Part shown: piece after piece, positions 62,101 through 64,000 of the stretch
Position numbering within the stretch: the first letter of the stretch is position 1
Layout of the letters: each line of letters begins with the position of its first letter
Assembly (NCBI RefSeq): GCF_031769215.1
Contig: NW_026782804.1
Location: 124,001 to 188,000, forward strand
From: Ylistrum balloti
Lineage: Eukaryota
Length of the DNA stretch: 64,000 nucleotides
Reading direction: 5' to 3'
The notes under the pieces: model-generated
The model's input: the letters and a program-made list of their open reading frames with translations, nothing else
The model's database searches: none
Told to the model about the DNA's origin: nothing
Translations under genes and position numbers: made by a program

Positions 62101-63320
62101 GGTTGTTCGGCCGTTGCCCCTGATGTATTGGGTTGACAGCCGAGGAAAGGTTGCTCGGCTTTTGCCCCTGATGTATTGGATCGACAGCTCAGGGAAGGTT
62201 GCTCGGCTTTTGCCTCTGATGTATTGGGTTGACAGCCCAAGGAAGGTTGTTCGGCCGTTGCCTCTGATGTATTTGGTTGACAGTCCAGGAAAGGTTGCTC
62301 GACTTTTGCCCCTGATATATTGGGTTGACAGCTCAGGGAAGGTTGCTCGGCCGTTCCCCTTATATATTGGGTTGACAGCTCAGGGAAGGTTGCTCGGCCG
62401 TTCCCCTTATATATTGTTTGTCAGCCCAGGGAAGGTTGCTCGGCCGTTCCCCTTATATATTGTTTGTCAGCCCAGGGAAGGTTGTTTGGTCGTTGCCCCT
62501 AATGTATTTGGTTGACAGCCCAGGGAAGGTTGCTCGGCTTTTGCCCCCGATGTATTGGGTTGACAGTCTAGGGAAGGTTGCTCGGCTTTTGCCCCTGATG
62601 TATTGGATTGACAGCCCAAGGAAGGTTGTTCGGCTGTTGCTAATTCTGTATTATGTGGGAAATAGAAGAAAGTTGTTAGGGCGAAACTCCTCCTGCATTG
62701 GATGGACCGCCCAGTGAAGGTTGTTTGCTTCAGCGGTATAGGGTGGACAAACAAGGAAAAGGTTGCTTGGCCATTGCTCTTACTGTATTGGGTAGACAGT
62801 CCATGGGATGTTTTCTCTGTCGCTGCGCCTGTTCTATTGGGTGGGTAACACTGGATAATGATGCATTTCTGTTATAGTCTATCGAAAAGTTATTTTGCCG
62901 TTTTTGTTGCTTTAGCCTTTTCTCAGATTATATTAGTGAGTTAGTGATGTTTGGTCGGCCCAACTTTCTGCTCATTGAATAATCATGGTATGGTAGCTCT
63001 ATAGTCATAAAGGTGTTTAATGTGTTTTGCTTTCCTTCCTATGCAGTAACTCGAAACAGTTATTTGTTTCATGAACTTTTCTCTGTGTCCCCAAGTTTGT
63101 CTTTCGTCTGCGCTCTCCACTCTTTCTTTATAAGTCTATTTGTGATAACAACACAGTTTTTCCTATGATGAGTCAATTAAGTTTTTTGTCAATCCGTAGA
63201 AATTTGGCTGTGATGGACATTTGAACTCAGCCAGAGTTTTTGACAAGTGTGGAGTATGTGGAGGGCAGAGTAACACGTGTACTACTCATCACGGAACCTA
63301 CAACCAAGGACAGGTTAAAG
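37225..63320 (+). CDS. ADAMTS13-like: ADAMTS-family secreted zinc metalloprotease (ADAMTS13-like); 16 exons in window, 3' end lies outside the window
   Basis: Manual splice assembly with all introns GT-AG and all phases compatible: 37225-37284, 44722-44785, 51119-51256, 51687-51826, 52148-52301, 52408-52556, 53116-53324, 53461-53604, 55213-55347, 56264-56429, 57011-57121, 57404-57555, 57700-57763, 58501-58597, 58826-58956, 63200-63320 (2035 nt, no stop). Domain order: signal peptide, prodomain with TCG cysteine switch, RRAKR furin site, M12B catalytic domain HETGHMLNMVHD plus Met-turn NIMS, disintegrin-like, TSP1 ([12 protein letters not shown]), Cys-rich ([13 protein letters not shown]). Family call is firm; the subfamily call rests on remembered motif similarity. 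Confidence 0.93.
38320..40168. repeat. 43/45-bp minisatellite GTGTTACTCGCTTGTTTGTATCTGTTACTAAGTTGCTACCTAAGT (intron 1)
   Basis: Diverged 5' part, homogeneous 3' part. Confidence 0.96.
40300..41637. repeat. 34-36-bp minisatellite GTTACTGTGTTGTGACGTAGACAGTACATAATGTCA (intron 1)
   Basis: About 38 tandem copies. Confidence 0.97.
42003..42047. repeat. (TA)n microsatellite
   Basis: Direct reading; a second (TA)n lies at about 56131-56163 and a (GT)n at about 36608-36626. Confidence 0.95.
43378..43665. repeat. Degenerate 15-bp minisatellite AACCACGAGATTGTC (intron 1)
   Basis: About 19 copies; source of the NHEI pseudo-ORFs. Confidence 0.9.
43788..44668. repeat. 44-bp minisatellite TGATTTTATCACCACCCTGTCCTAGTTCTATCGTTGTAGAATCC (intron 1)
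   Basis: About 20 copies, ending about 50 bp before exon 2. Confidence 0.97.
44722..44785 (+). CDS. ADAMTS exon 2: [21 protein letters not shown]
   Basis: Acceptor TTTTATCCTCAG, donor G|GTAATT; phase 0 in, phase 1 out, joining VPDYE of exon 3. Confidence 0.8.
45490..46400. repeat. 38-bp minisatellite type a, AAACATTACAGGGTTAGTACACTTCTCTATCTATATCT (intron 2)
   Basis: About 24 copies. Confidence 0.96.
46400..50935. repeat. 38-bp minisatellite type b, GGACATTATAGGGATAGTACACTTTGCAATCTGTACCT (intron 2)
   Basis: About 119 copies, with internal block duplications at offsets 1666 and 2388 (seen as near-identical ORFs). Confidence 0.97.
51119..51256 (+). CDS. ADAMTS exon 3: prodomain VPDYEITG...[19 protein letters not shown]
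   Basis: Acceptor TGTTTCAG, donor G|GTAACT; M12B propeptide-like L.L..N..L.AP pattern. Confidence 0.88.
51687..51826 (+). CDS. ADAMTS exon 4: prodomain [23 protein letters not shown]
   Basis: Conserved C.Y.G.V....S.VA.STC.G motif; TTTGTAG acceptor, GTAAGT donor. Confidence 0.93.
52148..52301 (+). CDS. ADAMTS exon 5: [15 protein letters not shown]...PHLVYRR...GTCGTQ
   Basis: G.I......I.P and PH.VY motifs, cysteine-switch TCG; ATTTTAG acceptor, GTATGT donor. Confidence 0.92.
52408..52556 (+). CDS. ADAMTS exon 6: furin site RRAKR and start of catalytic domain ([17 protein letters not shown])
   Basis: Open frame, CCCAG acceptor, GTAAGT donor, phases fit. Confidence 0.92.
52586..53025. repeat. 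69-bp minisatellite (intron 6)
   Basis: CAACATTGTCAATACTCTGTG at 52651, 52720 and 52789; about 6 copies. Confidence 0.96.
53116..53324 (+). CDS. ADAMTS exon 7: catalytic domain FLDPTLG...FCFW...ADGALLIT
   Basis: F.DPTLG and FC.W motifs; CACAG acceptor, GTATGT donor. Confidence 0.94.
53461..53604 (+). CDS. ADAMTS exon 8: [10 protein letters not shown]...[17 protein letters not shown]
   Basis: First part of the HExxH zinc motif; CAACAG acceptor, GTAAGT donor. Confidence 0.96.
54423..54650. mobile_element. Dispersed repeat family X, copy 2 (intron 8)
   Basis: GATCAATCCAAGTAAGTAATGTCACATTCTCAAATGAGAACAC; shares TCTCAATGAGATCAC with the 55.9 kb copy. Confidence 0.7.
55213..55347 (+). CDS. ADAMTS exon 9: MLNMVHDG...NIMS...WSTCS
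   Basis: Third zinc His plus Asp, Met-turn and WS.CS motif; TTCTTCAG acceptor. Confidence 0.95.
55549..55798. mobile_element. MITE of about 250 bp, PIF/Harbinger-like, in ADAMTS intron 9
   Basis: 35-bp TIR TGGGCC(C/T)GTATTCATGAAACC(A/G)TTCTCATGCTCAA with 2 mismatches (55549-55583 vs 55764-55798); inner inverted TTTGTGCTCAA/TTGAGCACAAA; TSD imperfect (CTG/CAT); a fragment CCATTCTCATGCTCAA also occurs at 4520. Confidence 0.8.
55800..55990. mobile_element. Dispersed repeat family X, copy 3 (intron 9, directly after the MITE)
   Basis: CATCGACGACACCCGCCATGTAAACTTTGATCAATCCACGTAAGT. Confidence 0.65.
56264..56429 (+). CDS. ADAMTS exon 10: CLSDQP...[11 protein letters not shown] (disintegrin-like start)
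   Basis: CL.D.P and PG..Y..DEQC motifs; TTTTCAG acceptor, GTAAGT donor. Confidence 0.95.
57011..57121 (+). CDS. ADAMTS exon 11: NECKMLVC...[10 protein letters not shown]
   Basis: DGT.CG motif; TTTAG acceptor at 57010 (the AG at 56995 leads to a stop), GTAAGT donor. Confidence 0.9.
57404..57555 (+). CDS. ADAMTS exon 12: WCIGGQC...TSP1 VHGGWSSW...CSRTCGGG
   Basis: Canonical TSP type-1 signature; AACAG acceptor, GTAAGT donor. Confidence 0.96.
57700..57763 (+). CDS. ADAMTS exon 13: [21 protein letters not shown]
   Basis: P..GG..C.G.....CN end of TSP1; TTGCAG acceptor, GTAAGG donor. Confidence 0.95.
58240..58360. mobile_element. Dispersed repeat family X, copy 4 (intron 13, inverted)
   Basis: TGTTCTCATTTGAGAACGTGACATTATTTACTTGGATTGACC is the reverse complement of the family core. 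Confidence 0.7.
58501..58597 (+). CDS. ADAMTS exon 14: [13 protein letters not shown]...YHWLPYN
   Basis: CP....FR..QC Cys-rich motif; TTTCAG acceptor, GTTAGT donor. Confidence 0.93.
58826..58956 (+). CDS. ADAMTS exon 15: RCSMRC...EDGTDC...CVEGQCK
   Basis: DGT.C and CV.G.C motifs; GACAG acceptor, GTAAGT donor. Confidence 0.93.
59095..62600. repeat. 47/48-bp minisatellite CCCCTGATGTATTGGGTTGACAGCCCAGGGAAGGTTGTTCGGCTTTTG (intron 15)
   Basis: About 73 copies, scrambled at about 60780-61200, with a degenerate tail to about 62830. Confidence 0.97.
63200..63320 (+). CDS. ADAMTS exon 16: [27 protein letters not shown] (end of Cys-rich region, spacer start)
   Basis: GCD..L.S....DKCGVCGG....C motif; CCGTAG acceptor; donor at 63321 (an alternative GT at 63314 is possible). 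Confidence 0.92.
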
Positions 63321-64000
63321 GTAGGAAACTAGGATCAACCTAAATGTAAATGTTCACGGACAACCTAAACGTAGGAAACTAGGATCAGGCGAAATGTAGG
63401 TATTCAGGGACAGGCTTAAGGGAGGTTACCAAGGCAGGCTAACGTTAGGGACAGAAGGAGAGAATCGAGGTTTGACAGACTTATTTTTTTTAGAAAGTAC
63501 TGTCATTGGTTTATTGGGTCATGCTTCTCTCTACGTTCGCATATCATTTTGTAAAAAGATTGGAGGTCCCATCAGAGAGTGCAAAAACCTCTTCTGTTGG
63601 ACGTAGATTAAATGTCTGAAAGCGTTGGTGAGATGAGAATATTCGATTCATTGTTTTTTTACCATGACTTTATTACATGCACACGATTTATATTTGTGTC
63701 TTGTAAACGAATGGTTTCACTGACCAATGTTAGAAACTTTGCACGATCAAAATTTAGTTTGTCTAGCTTGTCCTATCGAAATTGGACGCTACGTCAGGGA
63801 CGTACTCGTATGCTCGCCTTTCTCTGTAAAGAAATTTCCCATCACAATAAAAATGTCTCCCTTTTAATAGAAATGAGATATGGATGATTAAGTAAAGAGC
63901 ACTTTTTGACGATAAAAAGAAGCAGAGCTCTTCAAAATGTCAAACGATATGACTGTAACGTTGATTAGCACGTAGGTTCTATGTCTCAACACAAGTGCAG

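Noticed and set aside
59136-62754. Many overlapping ORFs in the 48-bp array
   Set aside because: They lie inside ADAMTS intron 15; exon 15 splices in phase to exon 16 without them.

Overview
This is eukaryotic (animal) genomic DNA, AT-rich with GT-AG introns. The repeat and transposon content suggests a mollusc, probably a bivalve; that is an inference. By my rough sum about 30 kb of the 64 kb is tandem minisatellite, in more than 20 unrelated arrays with 15-69 bp units. Almost all long ORFs in the supplied track are artefacts of these arrays. The one well-supported gene is a + strand ADAMTS metalloprotease. I assembled 16 phase-compatible exons from 37225 to 63320 (about 678 codons: signal peptide, prodomain, furin site, HETGHMLNMVHD zinc motif, disintegrin-like, TSP1, Cys-rich), and the gene continues beyond the window. 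Its motifs resemble ADAMTS13. Mobile DNA includes an internally deleted L1/Tx1-type LINE (9213-11244), two other decayed LINE RT fragments, a TTAA-flanked Kolobok-type element (30234-31076), a Harbinger-like MITE, tRNA-derived heads and a four-copy dispersed repeat. The most unusual signal is a family of decayed minimal type I hammerhead-ribozyme motifs: a tandem trimer near 18.2 kb (duplicated near 21 kb) and single copies near 29.0, 30.2 and 41.9 kb. One member appears to have been amplified into the 48-bp satellite at 20.5-25.6 kb. No single copy has an intact catalytic core. There is also a near-identical 2784-bp tandem duplication (possibly an assembly artefact) and a telomere-like, G-quadruplex-capable minisatellite. 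All calls are by eye; no searches were run.
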